Positions 23,396 through 33,397 of a stretch of DNA of 64,000 nucleotides are shown here, piece after piece. Position numbers and translations under genes: made by a program. The notes under the pieces are model-generated. The model had not been told where the DNA came from. It saw only the letters and a list, made by a program, of their open reading frames with translations, and made no database searches. How positions within the stretch are numbered: position 1 is the stretch's first letter; each line of letters opens with the position of its first letter. Source of the DNA: an uncultured Clostridia bacterium (lineage in GTDB: Bacteria > Bacillota > Clostridia > TANB77 > CAG-508); contig CAKPGC010000001.1 of assembly GCA_934154445.1 (NCBI GenBank), positions 21,787 through 85,786 on the forward strand, written 5' to 3'.

Positions 23396-25238
23396 TTATT
23401 TAAAATCTTTTTTGTTTTGAACATTTTGGTACAAATTTTCCAATTCCTCCACTGTTCCATGTTTTATAAACTCATCAGGCCAAGATTTTTTTTCCATTTT
23501 TATATTTTGTAATTTTTCTTCTACAATTAGTTCTTCTATTGCTGTTCCAAGTCCATTAATTTTTGTTCCATCTTCCATAGTAATAACATTTTTGGTTTTG
23601 TTTATAGATTCTTTTATTGTTTCAATATCTAATGGTTTCAAGAATCTTGCATTTATAACTTCTGCATCTATTCCATCTTTTTCGTAATCTTTAGCTAACT
23701 CCATTGCTTTAGCAACTCTTTTACCAATCGCAATTATAGTTATATCTTGTCCTTTTCTTAAAATTTCAGATTTTCCTAATTCTATTTTTTGATGTTTTTC
23801 AAATTTTATTTTTTCATCTTCTCCACCTCTTGGATATCTGATTACAACCGGTTTATTTAAAGTTATTGCAAATTCCATCATATCTTCTAGTTCTTTAAAA
23901 TCTTTTGGTGACATTATTGTTAAATTTGGAACTAATCTAAAAAATGCCATATCCAGTGTTCCTTGATGTGTTTCTCCGGTCTTGTCCAACTACGCCTGCT
24001 CTGTCAACACACATTATTACAGGCAAGTCTTGTATTGCTACATCATGTATTACTTGATCATAAGCTCTTTGATAAAAAGATGAATATATTGGAACAAAAG
24101 GTATCATTCCTTCTTTTGCCATTCCAGCAGCCATTGTTATAGCATGTTGTTCGGCTATTCCTACATCAAAAAATCTTTTTGGAAATTCTTTTTGAAATCT
24201 AGATAATCCTGTTCCATCTTTCATAGATGCTGTTACTGCCACAATTTTATCATTATTTTGGGCTAGTTCTACTAACTTTTCTCCAAATATCTTTGAGTAA
24301 TCCTCTCTTTTTTCTTTTTTAGCTATTCCTGTTTTAATATCAAAAGGTGCTGTTGCATGAAATCTATCAGGATTTTCTTCTGCAATTTTATATCCCTTTC
24401 CTTTTTTTGTTAAAACATGAATTAAAACAGGTGCTTCGACTTGTTTACTTAATCTCAATATATTTTCTAACTGTTCTATATCATGTCCATCAACTGGTCC
24501 AAGATATGTAAATCCTATATCCTCAAAAAACATTTTAGGTATTATTAGTTGTTTTATACTTCTTTTTATTCTTTGTATTATTTTAACACTTGGCTTTCCT
24601 ATTAGTGGTATTTTATTTATCATCTTTTTAATTGATACATTTGACTTTGTGTATAATTTTTTTGTTCTTAGCTTACTTAAAAACATATTTAATCCACCAA
24701 TATTTGGGGATATACTCATTTCATTGTCATTTAATATAACTGTCATTTTTGTATTACTACATCCTGCATCATTTAATGCTTCCAAAGCCATTCCACCGGT
24801 TAATGCTCCATCTCCAATTACACTAATTACGTAATTACTTTTTCCTTTTAAATCTCTTGCTCTTGCCATTCCTAAAGCTGCTGATATTGATGTACTACTG
24901 TGACCTGTATCAAAATTATCATATTCTGATTCGTTTATTTTTGGAAATCCGGATAATCCATTTAATTTTCTTAATGTTTTAAAATTTTCTCTTCTTCCTG
25001 TAATTATTTTATGTACATAAGATTGATGTCCAACATCCCAAACTATTTTATCTTTTGGCATGTCAAAAACACTATGAAGTGCTATTGTAAGCTCTACAAC
25101 ACCTAAATTTGATGCTAAATGTCCTCCATTTTCTGATACAACTTTTAATATATATTCTCTTAGTTCTTGTGCTAATTTATTTTTTTCTTCTATACTTAAT
25201 TTTTTTAAATCTTCTGGTGAATTAATTTCTTCTAACAT
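23396..25238 (-). pseudogene. dxs: 1-deoxy-D-xylulose-5-phosphate synthase interrupted by a single +1 frameshift
   Basis: 433-aa N-part and 197-aa C-part; junction reads VVGQD/GETHQGTLD after removing one extra C in GACCGGA at about 23976-23979. Confidence 0.85.
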
Positions 25239-25367
25239 TTCTGTATCTCCTACTTTTTTGTCTTCTATATAATAGCATATTTTTAAACACTTTTCTACTA
25301 AAAATATTGTTTTTTATGTATTTTTATATTAAAATAAGTAAAAATAATATAAAGGAGAAATGTTAAA

Positions 25368-26723
25368 ATGAAAAAAACAAAAGTTAAAATCTTATTAATT
25401 ATCTTTTTATTAACAGTCTTTTTTGCAACTATGTCAAATGCTTCATACAATAATATTACAATGTCAGTTGTTGAAGAACCTGTTTGTACAGTAAACTTTG
25501 GTTCTAAATCTTATGTTGAAAGAAGTATTATTTCAAAGAATTTAGACAATAAAGAGATAACACTTAAATTAAAAGTTACAAATAATGAAGAAAAATTAAA
25601 GCCAACCGGTGAAGTAATGTTGGTCATTGACAATTCAAAAAGTATGCTTGAAGCAGTTACAGATCAAAATACAAGAGAAGATTTAGTAATTGATTCTTCT
25701 AAAACTTTAATCACAAATCTTTTAAAAGACAATGATAAATTAAAAATTGGTGTAGTAAGTTTCTCTACAAATAGTGACGTTTCAAAAGAAGGAACTATTG
25801 AAGATGCTAAATTAATTTCTGAGTTAACTAACGATACTGATAAATTAATTTCTTCAGTATCAACAATTGAATATAATGGACCAAGAACTAATTTAGATTC
25901 TGGTATTACTTTAGCAAAAAAATACTTTACTAATGCTACTGATAACACTCACAAATATATTATTATTTTGTCAGATGGTGTACCAAATGTTGCAATTGAT
26001 TATGATAAAAGTTATTTTTCAGATGATGTAATTGCTAAAACAAAATCTAGTTTGCAATCTTTATCAAATTTTTCTGATAATGTAATAGTAATGCTTACAG
26101 GTATAAAAAATGGCGAAGTTGTTGCATCACCTTCTACTAAAACTTATAATGAAATCATAGAAGAAATATTCGGAACAGTTGAAAAACCTACTGTTGGAAA
26201 ATTTTATTATATAACAGATGATAAAATCGAGAAAACCATAAAGGATAGTATTTATAAAGATTTATTACCAGTATCTCAATCATTTAAAGACATTAAAATA
26301 ACAGATTATTTTTCTAAAGAAATAGTTGATAACTATAGTTTTTCTTACACAAAAAAGCCTGATATTGGAGAAATTTCTTCTTCAATTGATAAATCAACAA
26401 ATTCCATTACTTGGACTATTCCAGAATTGAATTATGGTGAAACAGCCGTTGTTGAATATACATTAAAATTAAATGAAAACTATAATAGTGAAATTGTTGG
26501 TAAAGTATTAGATACTAACAGTAAACTCGATGTAACATACACTGATAACTCAAATGTAACAGATACGAAATCTTCTACTGTTACACCAAAAATAAAACTT
26601 GCAGAAGCTCTACCTACCGTAATACCTTCTGCAGGAAAATATAGTTTTATTAGTCTTTGCACATTATCTTTATTAGTAGTTATTACTGTTGGAATTAGAT
26701 ATTTTCTTATAAGAATTAAATAA
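25368..26723 (+). CDS. secreted von Willebrand factor A (VWA) domain protein with C-terminal TM anchor
   Basis: 451 aa; signal peptide, MIDAS-like DNSKSM..S..T, C-terminal hydrophobic helix plus RIK. Confidence 0.7.
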   Translation: MKKTKVKILLIIFLLTVFFATMSNASYNNITMSVVEEPVCTVNFGSKSYVERSIISKNLDNKEITLKLKVTNNEEKLKPTGEVMLVIDNSKSMLEAVTDQNTREDLVIDSSKTLITNLLKDNDKLKIGVVSFSTNSDVSKEGTIEDAKLISELTNDTDKLISSVSTIEYNGPRTNLDSGITLAKKYFTNATDNTHKYIIILSDGVPNVAIDYDKSYFSDDVIAKTKSSLQSLSNFSDNVIVMLTGIKNGEVVASPSTKTYNEIIEEIFGTVEKPTVGKFYYITDDKIEKTIKDSIYKDLLPVSQSFKDIKITDYFSKEIVDNYSFSYTKKPDIGEISSSIDKSTNSITWTIPELNYGETAVVEYTLKLNENYNSEIVGKVLDTNSKLDVTYTDNSNVTDTKSSTVTPKIKLAEALPTVIPSAGKYSFISLCTLSLLVVITVGIRYFLIRIK

Positions 26724-26730
26724 AAATTTA

Positions 26731-26770
26731 AAAAATAGAATTTATTTTTAAAAATAAATTCTATTTTTTT
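26731..26770. terminator. bidirectional terminator (VWA gene / uppP)
   Basis: aatagaatttatttt-aa-aaaataaattctatt then T-run. Confidence 0.65.
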
Positions 26771-27603
26771 TACAATCTTATTATACACAAACATATAATA
26801 AATAATCCTAAAATAACTCTATATATTGCAAAACCTTTAAAGCTACCCTTTTTTAAATATTCAAGTAAAAACTTGATAACTATTACACCAACAATAAAAC
26901 TTGCTAAAATTCCAATAAAGAATGGTATATTAAATACAAAATCTTTTAAGTCATATAATGCTGCAGCTAAAACTATTGGTGTAGATAATAGAAAAGAATA
27001 TTTTGCAACAGATTCTCTTTCTAATCCCATTCCTCTACCTACAGTCATTGTAATTCCTGATCTTGAAACACCAGGGAAAGCTGCTGCTATTGCTTGAGAC
27101 ATAGAAATTAAAAGAGACTGTTTAAATGTAATATTTTCATATTTAACTTTTGATTTTGATTTTTTATCTACTACATATAGTATTATACCCATTACTATCA
27201 AAGCAAAAGCAATTAAAAACATTTCTATGATTTTTTCTTCAACGCTTAATGAAAGTGCAAGTTTTTCTATTATTTTTCCTGATACTTTATCTAGTATCAA
27301 ACATAAAATTCCTGTTGGAATAGTTGAAATTACTATGTACCAAAAAATCTTTCCTTCTGTAGATTTTTCTTTTTTTACAGCCTGTTTATATCCTCCTTTT
27401 ATTAACTCTATCCAATCTTTAAAAAAGAAGATAATTATTGCAAATAATGTTCCTATATGTAAAGCAACATCAAATGATGGACTAATCTCCTCCCATCCAA
27501 ATATCCATGGAAATAAATTTAAATGTGCCGAACTAGATATTGGCAACAATTCTGTTAGTCCTTGAATTACTCCTAAAATTAGCGCTTGTAAAACTTCGTT
27601 CAT
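26770..27603 (-). CDS. uppP: undecaprenyl-diphosphate phosphatase UppP/BacA
   Basis: start set at MNEVLQALILGVIQGLTELLPISSSAHL (RBS aaaggga); the ORF-track extension MSKRGVLIDKKGKK is a translation of the palindromic leader element. Confidence 0.85.
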   Translation of the reverse strand: MNEVLQALILGVIQGLTELLPISSSAHLNLFPWIFGWEEISPSFDVALHIGTLFAIIIFFFKDWIELIKGGYKQAVKKEKSTEGKIFWYIVISTIPTGILCLILDKVSGKIIEKLALSLSVEEKIIEMFLIAFALIVMGIILYVVDKKSKSKVKYENITFKQSLLISMSQAIAAAFPGVSRSGITMTVGRGMGLERESVAKYSFLLSTPIVLAAALYDLKDFVFNIPFFIGILASFIVGVIVIKFLLEYLKKGSFKGFAIYRVILGLFIICLCIIRL

Positions 27604-27615
27604 TTTTTTCCCTTT

Positions 27616-27697
27616 CTTGTCAATAAGGACACCCCTTTTTGACAAATTTTTATTTTACTTATGTATCTTGCCAAAAAGGGGCGTCCTTATTGACAAG
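27616..27697. repeat. bipartite palindromic element in uppP leader
   Basis: two ~30-nt quasi-palindromic units in inverted orientation, 21-nt AT-rich spacer; minus-sense units CTTGTCAATAAGGACGCCCCTTTTTGGCAAG and TTGTCAAAAAGGGGTGTCCTTATTGACAAG. Confidence 0.6.
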
Positions 27698-27705
27698 AAA
27701 ATTAA

Positions 27706-28584
27706 CTACTTTTTATATATTTCTTTTAAAATATTATAAACTGTATCTTTTATAAATTCTGCTGTTGTGACTGGTGCAACTTTTCCAGGTAGAGCTAATG
27801 CCCATATTAATTTTAAATTTTTATCTTTTGCTGCTTTTTTATCTATTCCACCGGGATTTGATGCTAAGTCAACTAACAAGCAATCTTCTTTTATATATTT
27901 TATTCTTTCTTCTGTTAATATTAAATGAGGAACTGTGTTTATTATTATATCGTATTCTGCTAAATTTTCTCCAATAGAATTAATATTAGTACCAATATGT
28001 CCATAAGCTTTAATCCATGCTAAATCCTCATCTTTTCTTGCTGCACATGTTACCTTTGCTGAAAGACCAGCAAGTTTTCTTGCTAATACCTTTCCAATTC
28101 GTCCAAATCCTAATATTAACACTTTGCTTCCATGTATTATTTTATTAGTATTTTCAATTATTATTTCTATTGTTCCTTCTGCCGTTGATATTGTATTTAA
28201 AACCGCCAGTTCTTCTCTCTTCATTATATCTATTATTTCTATATATTCATCATTTGCTAAGTCATAAACTTCTGGTGCTATGGTTCCTGCAATTAAAATC
28301 TTTGCATTTATAACATGCATCAATTCTCTAATCGATATATTTTTTTCACCAAATGGTGTATTAATATCTTTACCATTGCTAGAAAATGGAATTGGTCCAA
28401 TAACTATTTCTGTATTTTTTACAACCTCAAACAATTTTTCACACATAATAATGTTTTCATTTTCATTCAGTTCTTTTGCATTTTCTAATCCATAAGTATA
28501 CACTTTGTTTCCATCATCAGCTAACATTTTTGCCAATTTTACTATTCTAAGATCTCCGCCTATAACCGCAAAACTTGTATTCAT
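27706..28584 (-). CDS. dpaA: dipicolinate synthase subunit A-like protein (SpoVFA homolog)
   Basis: 292 aa; aligns with B. subtilis SpoVFA (FAVIGGDLRIV, STAEGTIEIIIENT..IHGSKVLILGFGRIG, VDLASNPGG..LPGKVAP). Confidence 0.7.
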   Translation of the reverse strand: MNTSFAVIGGDLRIVKLAKMLADDGNKVYTYGLENAKELNENENIIMCEKLFEVVKNTEIVIGPIPFSSNGKDINTPFGEKNISIRELMHVINAKILIAGTIAPEVYDLANDEYIEIIDIMKREELAVLNTISTAEGTIEIIIENTNKIIHGSKVLILGFGRIGKVLARKLAGLSAKVTCAARKDEDLAWIKAYGHIGTNINSIGENLAEYDIIINTVPHLILTEERIKYIKEDCLLVDLASNPGGIDKKAAKDKNLKLIWALALPGKVAPVTTAEFIKDTVYNILKEIYKK

Positions 28585-28694
28585 AAAATCCCTCTTTCTT
28601 AATTTATAACTTCTTTATTATTATACTTATTTTTAGAGATTTTATGAGCAATTTTAAAAACTAAAATTGCATATATGTCATAAATTCATTATTT

Positions 28695-29945
28695 TTATTC
28701 TATTTCTTTTTGGTTTTCATTTTGATTTTGTTCTATATGTTTTTTACTTTTTTCTGATGTTTCTGTTTTCAACATTTTTATATCATCATAACTCAAATTT
28801 CTAGTTATTTCAAACATATCTTCTAAATGTTTTTTTTCAATTATCTCTTTTTCTTCAAAGTTTCCTTCATTTTCTTTTAATTCTTTATCATCTTCAGAAG
28901 TACTTATATTAAATGGTATAGATATTCTAGCAATAACTGGTATAAAAATTGGGTCTTTTTTAATTTTAGGTACAACCTTTGATGCATTTATATCTATAGC
29001 AATATTTGCAAATTGTATTGCTTTTTCTTTTTCACCTTTAATCATTGAGATTTTTGAAAGCTCATAATAACTATCAGCTGATAATTGTTCTTCTTCAAGA
29101 GCCTCCATAAAATATTTTTCTGCTTCATCTAATTCTTTGTATATTAAAGCAATTTCGGCTAGCGAATATTTTGAGTTATATGACAATGAATTTATATTTG
29201 CTGCTTTTTCATAACATATTTTTGCATTTTGGAAGTCATTAAGCATTGTATATGCTATTCCAAGATTATAATTTAGTTCGAAGCTGAATGGATTGTATCT
29301 AAGTGCATCTTGGTATATATTAACTGCTTCTTTGTATTGTTCTTTTGATATTAATATATCTCCCAAAAGCTCTGTTGCTTTATAATAATCAGGCTTTTTA
29401 TTTAAAAGATTAAATAACATTTCTGATGCTTCATCAGATTTATCTAAATTATTTAGTAATTCTGCAATTTTATAATATGAATCATAATCTTTTTTATTTA
29501 TGTCTATTGCTTGTACATATTCATCTATTGCCTTTCTCATTCCACCTTCTAGCTCATAAATTTCTGCTAACATCTTGTGCCCTATATAATTTTCAGGATA
29601 TCTTGATACCAAATTAATTAATTGCTCTTTGGCTTTTTTATTATTTCCAAGTTTTAAATATATTTTTGCTTTAGCAACATTCAAAACTTGAATTAGCGGA
29701 ATTCCTCTTTTTTCTATCACTATGACAGCTATTGGTATTATAATTCCAAATATATATTTTATTATTAGGAAAAATACTCCTAACTCTTTTTTTGTTAACA
29801 CTGATATAAAATTTAATGCTATTCCTATTGCTTGCACAACTAATATTCCTATATAATTAGTATCATTTTTCTGTATCATTTTTAAAAAAATATAGACAAA
29901 TAAGCCAAATGCAAGTACAGTATAAACTAATTGTTCAAATATCAT
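28695..29945 (-). CDS. membrane-anchored tetratricopeptide repeat protein
   Basis: 416 aa; N-terminal TM helices then multiple TPR units. Confidence 0.7.
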   Translation of the reverse strand: MIFEQLVYTVLAFGLFVYIFLKMIQKNDTNYIGILVVQAIGIALNFISVLTKKELGVFFLIIKYIFGIIIPIAVIVIEKRGIPLIQVLNVAKAKIYLKLGNNKKAKEQLINLVSRYPENYIGHKMLAEIYELEGGMRKAIDEYVQAIDINKKDYDSYYKIAELLNNLDKSDEASEMLFNLLNKKPDYYKATELLGDILISKEQYKEAVNIYQDALRYNPFSFELNYNLGIAYTMLNDFQNAKICYEKAANINSLSYNSKYSLAEIALIYKELDEAEKYFMEALEEEQLSADSYYELSKISMIKGEKEKAIQFANIAIDINASKVVPKIKKDPIFIPVIARISIPFNISTSEDDKELKENEGNFEEKEIIEKKHLEDMFEITRNLSYDDIKMLKTETSEKSKKHIEQNQNENQKEIE

Positions 29946-30027
29946 AATTTCTCCCTTCGCTCTTTGTTATACTAAGTTTTCTTTACTATTTTATTGCATT
30001 TTTTGTCATTTGTCCAGTATTTTTAGA

Positions 30028-30567
30028 CTATAAATTCGTATAAATTTTATAATCTCTCAAAATTTTTCTTACATAATTATTGGTTTCTTTATAAGGTATT
30101 TTTTCTATATCAGATCCATCTGATTTTATTATACCCTTTTCAATCCAATTATCGACCGTTCCTATTCCAGCATTATATGCGGTTATTGCTATTTCTATAT
30201 TCTGATATTTTTCTATTAATATTGATAGATATTTAGTTCCTAAATTTATATTAATTTCAGGTTCTAATAGTTTTTCTTTTAACTCATTATCTGTTAATTG
30301 AATATCTATTTTATTAGAAACATCTTTTGCTGTACTCTCAACTAATTGCATTAATCCTATTGCATCTTTACTTGATTTTGCATTAGAATTAAAATTACTC
30401 TCAGCTTTTATTACGGCATAAACTAGATTTTCATCAACATTATATATTTCAGAATATTTTTGAACATATTCTGAGTATTCTTTTTTATAAATTATTTTTT
30501 GAATCTTAGTCGGAATATCTATAATAGTTATTAATATAAAAATAATAACTATTGTTGTTATAAACAC
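30028..30567 (-). CDS. lytic transglycosylase (SLT domain), membrane anchored
   Basis: 179 aa; AESNFNSNAKSSKDAIGLMQL catalytic motif. Confidence 0.75.
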   Translation of the reverse strand: MFITTIVIIFILITIIDIPTKIQKIIYKKEYSEYVQKYSEIYNVDENLVYAVIKAESNFNSNAKSSKDAIGLMQLVESTAKDVSNKIDIQLTDNELKEKLLEPEININLGTKYLSILIEKYQNIEIAITAYNAGIGTVDNWIEKGIIKSDGSDIEKIPYKETNNYVRKILRDYKIYTNL

Positions 30568-30637
30568 TAATTTTTTCTTACTTATAATAACTATCTTTCT
30601 TTACTCCTTTCACTCTACTCATAATCACACAAGTATT

Positions 30638-33370
30638 CTATTTACATTCATACCAATTGTTTGCTTCTGAAACATCTGCTATTAGTGGTACATTTAATGT
30701 TATTGCATTTTCCATTTGTTTTTTTACTATTTCTTTTACTTCTTCAGCTTCTTCTATTGGTGCTTCTATCATCATTTCATCATGCACTTGCAATACTATT
30801 ATTGATTTCATTTTTCTTAACTTTAATTCTCTATAAACATTTATCATTGCAATTTTCATTATATCTGCTGCTGTTCCTTGTATTGGTGTGTTCATTGCAG
30901 CTCTTGCTCCAAATTGTCTTACCATATAGTTATTTGACTTTAACTCTGGAATATATCTTCTTCTATTAAATAATGTTTCAACATATCCTATCTCTTTAGC
31001 CTTTTCTATTGTTTTTTCCATAAAACCTTTTATACCACTATATTCTGTCAAATATTCATCTATATATTTTTTAGCTTGTTTTCTTGATATTCCTAATTGT
31101 TCTCCAAGTCCAAAATCACTTATTCCATACACAATTCCAAAGTTTACTGCTTTCGCATTACTTCTTTGTTCTTTAGTTACTTCATCAATTGGTGTTTTAA
31201 ACACTTTAGAAGCTGCTTGTTTATGAATATCTTGTCCTTCTTTAAATGCTTTAACCATCTGTTCATCGTTAGACATTTGTGCTAATACTCTTAATTCAAT
31301 TTGAGAATAATCTGCATCTATATATACTTTTCCTTCTTCTGGCTTAAATATTTTTCTAACTTGTTTTCCCAACTCGAATCTAGTTGGTATATTTTGCAAA
31401 TTTGGCTCAGTAGAACTTATTCTTCCAGTTGCAGTTATTGTTTGATGGAAGAAAGAATGTATTCTTTTAGTTTTAGGATTAATATATGGCTTTAATCCTT
31501 CTACATAAGTTGAATTTAGTTTCATTAATTGTCTATAGTCCAATATTTCTTGAATAATTGGATCTTCAGCTTTTAATTTCTCTAGTACATCTACATCTGT
31601 TGAATATCCACTTTTTGTTTTCTTTATAACGGGAAGTTTCATTTTTTCAAACAAAATCTCTCCAAGTTGTTTTGTTGAATTTATATTAAATTCTTCCCCT
31701 GCCATTTCATATATCATTTTTGTTTTTATTTCCAGTTGTTTTTTTAATGTATCTCCAAATTTATTTAATTCATCTTCATCTGCATACATTCCATTCCATT
31801 GCATGTCAGCCAATACCTCTACTGTTGGCATATCTATATTGTTAAATAATGCAATTGCATCTATGTCTTCCAATTGTTTTGAAGTTATTTCTTGTAGTTT
31901 ATATATCAAATATGAATAATATGTTGATTTGTCTTTATTTAATTTATTATCTTCTTGATTTTGGGTTTCTAATTGTTCAAATAGATTAATTTGTTCTTGT
32001 TTTGTATTTGAATTTTTTTCCAAAACTTCTTTTACATCTATTTCTAAGTACTGTTCTGCCAAATCTTCTATTTTCAACTTATTATTTGTAGGGTTCAAAA
32101 TATAAGCTGCAATTGCTATATCAAATTTTATTCCCTTTAGGTTAATTTCCTCTTGTTTTAATAATATATAAACCTTACCCAAATCTATTCCTATTTTTGA
32201 TACTTCTTCATCCTCAAAAATATCTTTAAATTTATTTAGTTCATTACTATCTTTAAAACTTACATAATATGCTTCATTTAATTTTGAGTTAAAAATTCCT
32301 ATTCCAGTTATATTTTCTTTTATTATTTTGTCTTGATTTTCATCCTTATCAGTATCTAAGTAAAAAATCATTTTCTTTTGTTCTTTTAATATAACCCTTA
32401 TATCTTCAATTGATTTATCTTCAATTTTAAATAGTTTTTCGGCACTATTTTTTTCTTCTTTTTCTTCTTCATTTCTTGTGTTAGAAGATAAATTAAATCT
32501 TTCTATATATCTTTTAAAATTTAATTCTTTAAATATTTCTAAAACTTTCTGTCTGTCCCATTCTTCAGTTTTCAATTCTTCTAAAGTATCACCTATCGGT
32601 ACATCTGTATTTATTTCTCCAAGCGTTCTTGAAAGATAAGCTAATTCTTTATTTTCTTCTATTTTTTCCTTTTGCTTTCCTTTCAAGTCAGATTCCCCTG
32701 CCTCTAATTTTTTATATAAGTTATCAATAGTTTCATATTTTTGAATTAATGAAAGAGCTGTTTTTTCTCCTATTCCTGGTACTCCTGGTATATTGTCTGA
32801 TGTATCTCCTTGTAGTCCTTTTACTTCAATTAATTGCTTTGGTTCTATTCCATAAACCTCTTTCACTTTACTTCTATCAAATATTTCAGTTTCTGTTTTT
32901 CCAGCTTTAGTTCTTGGTATATGAATCTTTACATTATCTGTTGCCAATTGGAAAGTATCTCTATCTCCTGAAAGAATTATAACTTCTAATCCTTTTTTCT
33001 CTCCATATTTTGAAAGAGTTCCTATTATGTCATCTCCTTCATATCCTTCCTTTTCAACTATATCTATATTCATTGCTCTTAAAATTTCTTTTATGATTGG
33101 CATTTGTTCTGCAAGTTCATTTGGCATTCCTTTTCTATTTGCTTTATATCCATCATACAATTTATGTCTTTGGGTTGGTGCTTTTAAGTCAAATGATACA
33201 GCTATATATTCTGGTTTTTCGTCATCTAATAATTTAAACAATATTGCTAAAAAGCCATATATGGCATTGGTATATTTTCCGTCTTTAGTCGTTAAGGTTC
33301 TGCTACCCATAATACCATAAAAAGCCCTATTCATTATACTGTTTCCATCAATTAATACTAACTTTTTCAA
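30638..33370 (-). CDS. polA: DNA polymerase I
   Basis: 910 aa; 5'-3' exonuclease N-domain, polymerase motifs A/B/C (DYSQIELR, QVHDE). Confidence 0.95.
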   Translation of the reverse strand: MKKLVLIDGNSIMNRAFYGIMGSRTLTTKDGKYTNAIYGFLAILFKLLDDEKPEYIAVSFDLKAPTQRHKLYDGYKANRKGMPNELAEQMPIIKEILRAMNIDIVEKEGYEGDDIIGTLSKYGEKKGLEVIILSGDRDTFQLATDNVKIHIPRTKAGKTETEIFDRSKVKEVYGIEPKQLIEVKGLQGDTSDNIPGVPGIGEKTALSLIQKYETIDNLYKKLEAGESDLKGKQKEKIEENKELAYLSRTLGEINTDVPIGDTLEELKTEEWDRQKVLEIFKELNFKRYIERFNLSSNTRNEEEKEEKNSAEKLFKIEDKSIEDIRVILKEQKKMIFYLDTDKDENQDKIIKENITGIGIFNSKLNEAYYVSFKDSNELNKFKDIFEDEEVSKIGIDLGKVYILLKQEEINLKGIKFDIAIAAYILNPTNNKLKIEDLAEQYLEIDVKEVLEKNSNTKQEQINLFEQLETQNQEDNKLNKDKSTYYSYLIYKLQEITSKQLEDIDAIALFNNIDMPTVEVLADMQWNGMYADEDELNKFGDTLKKQLEIKTKMIYEMAGEEFNINSTKQLGEILFEKMKLPVIKKTKSGYSTDVDVLEKLKAEDPIIQEILDYRQLMKLNSTYVEGLKPYINPKTKRIHSFFHQTITATGRISSTEPNLQNIPTRFELGKQVRKIFKPEEGKVYIDADYSQIELRVLAQMSNDEQMVKAFKEGQDIHKQAASKVFKTPIDEVTKEQRSNAKAVNFGIVYGISDFGLGEQLGISRKQAKKYIDEYLTEYSGIKGFMEKTIEKAKEIGYVETLFNRRRYIPELKSNNYMVRQFGARAAMNTPIQGTAADIMKIAMINVYRELKLRKMKSIIVLQVHDEMMIEAPIEEAEEVKEIVKKQMENAITLNVPLIADVSEANNWYECK

Positions 33371-33397
33371 GTTCTCCTCCTTAAATTTTTAAATATT

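Noticed and set aside
27604-27645. N-terminal extension of uppP (MSKRGVLIDKKGKK) in the ORF track
   Set aside because: It is a translation of the palindromic leader element. A canonical UppP N-terminus with its own RBS starts at 27603.
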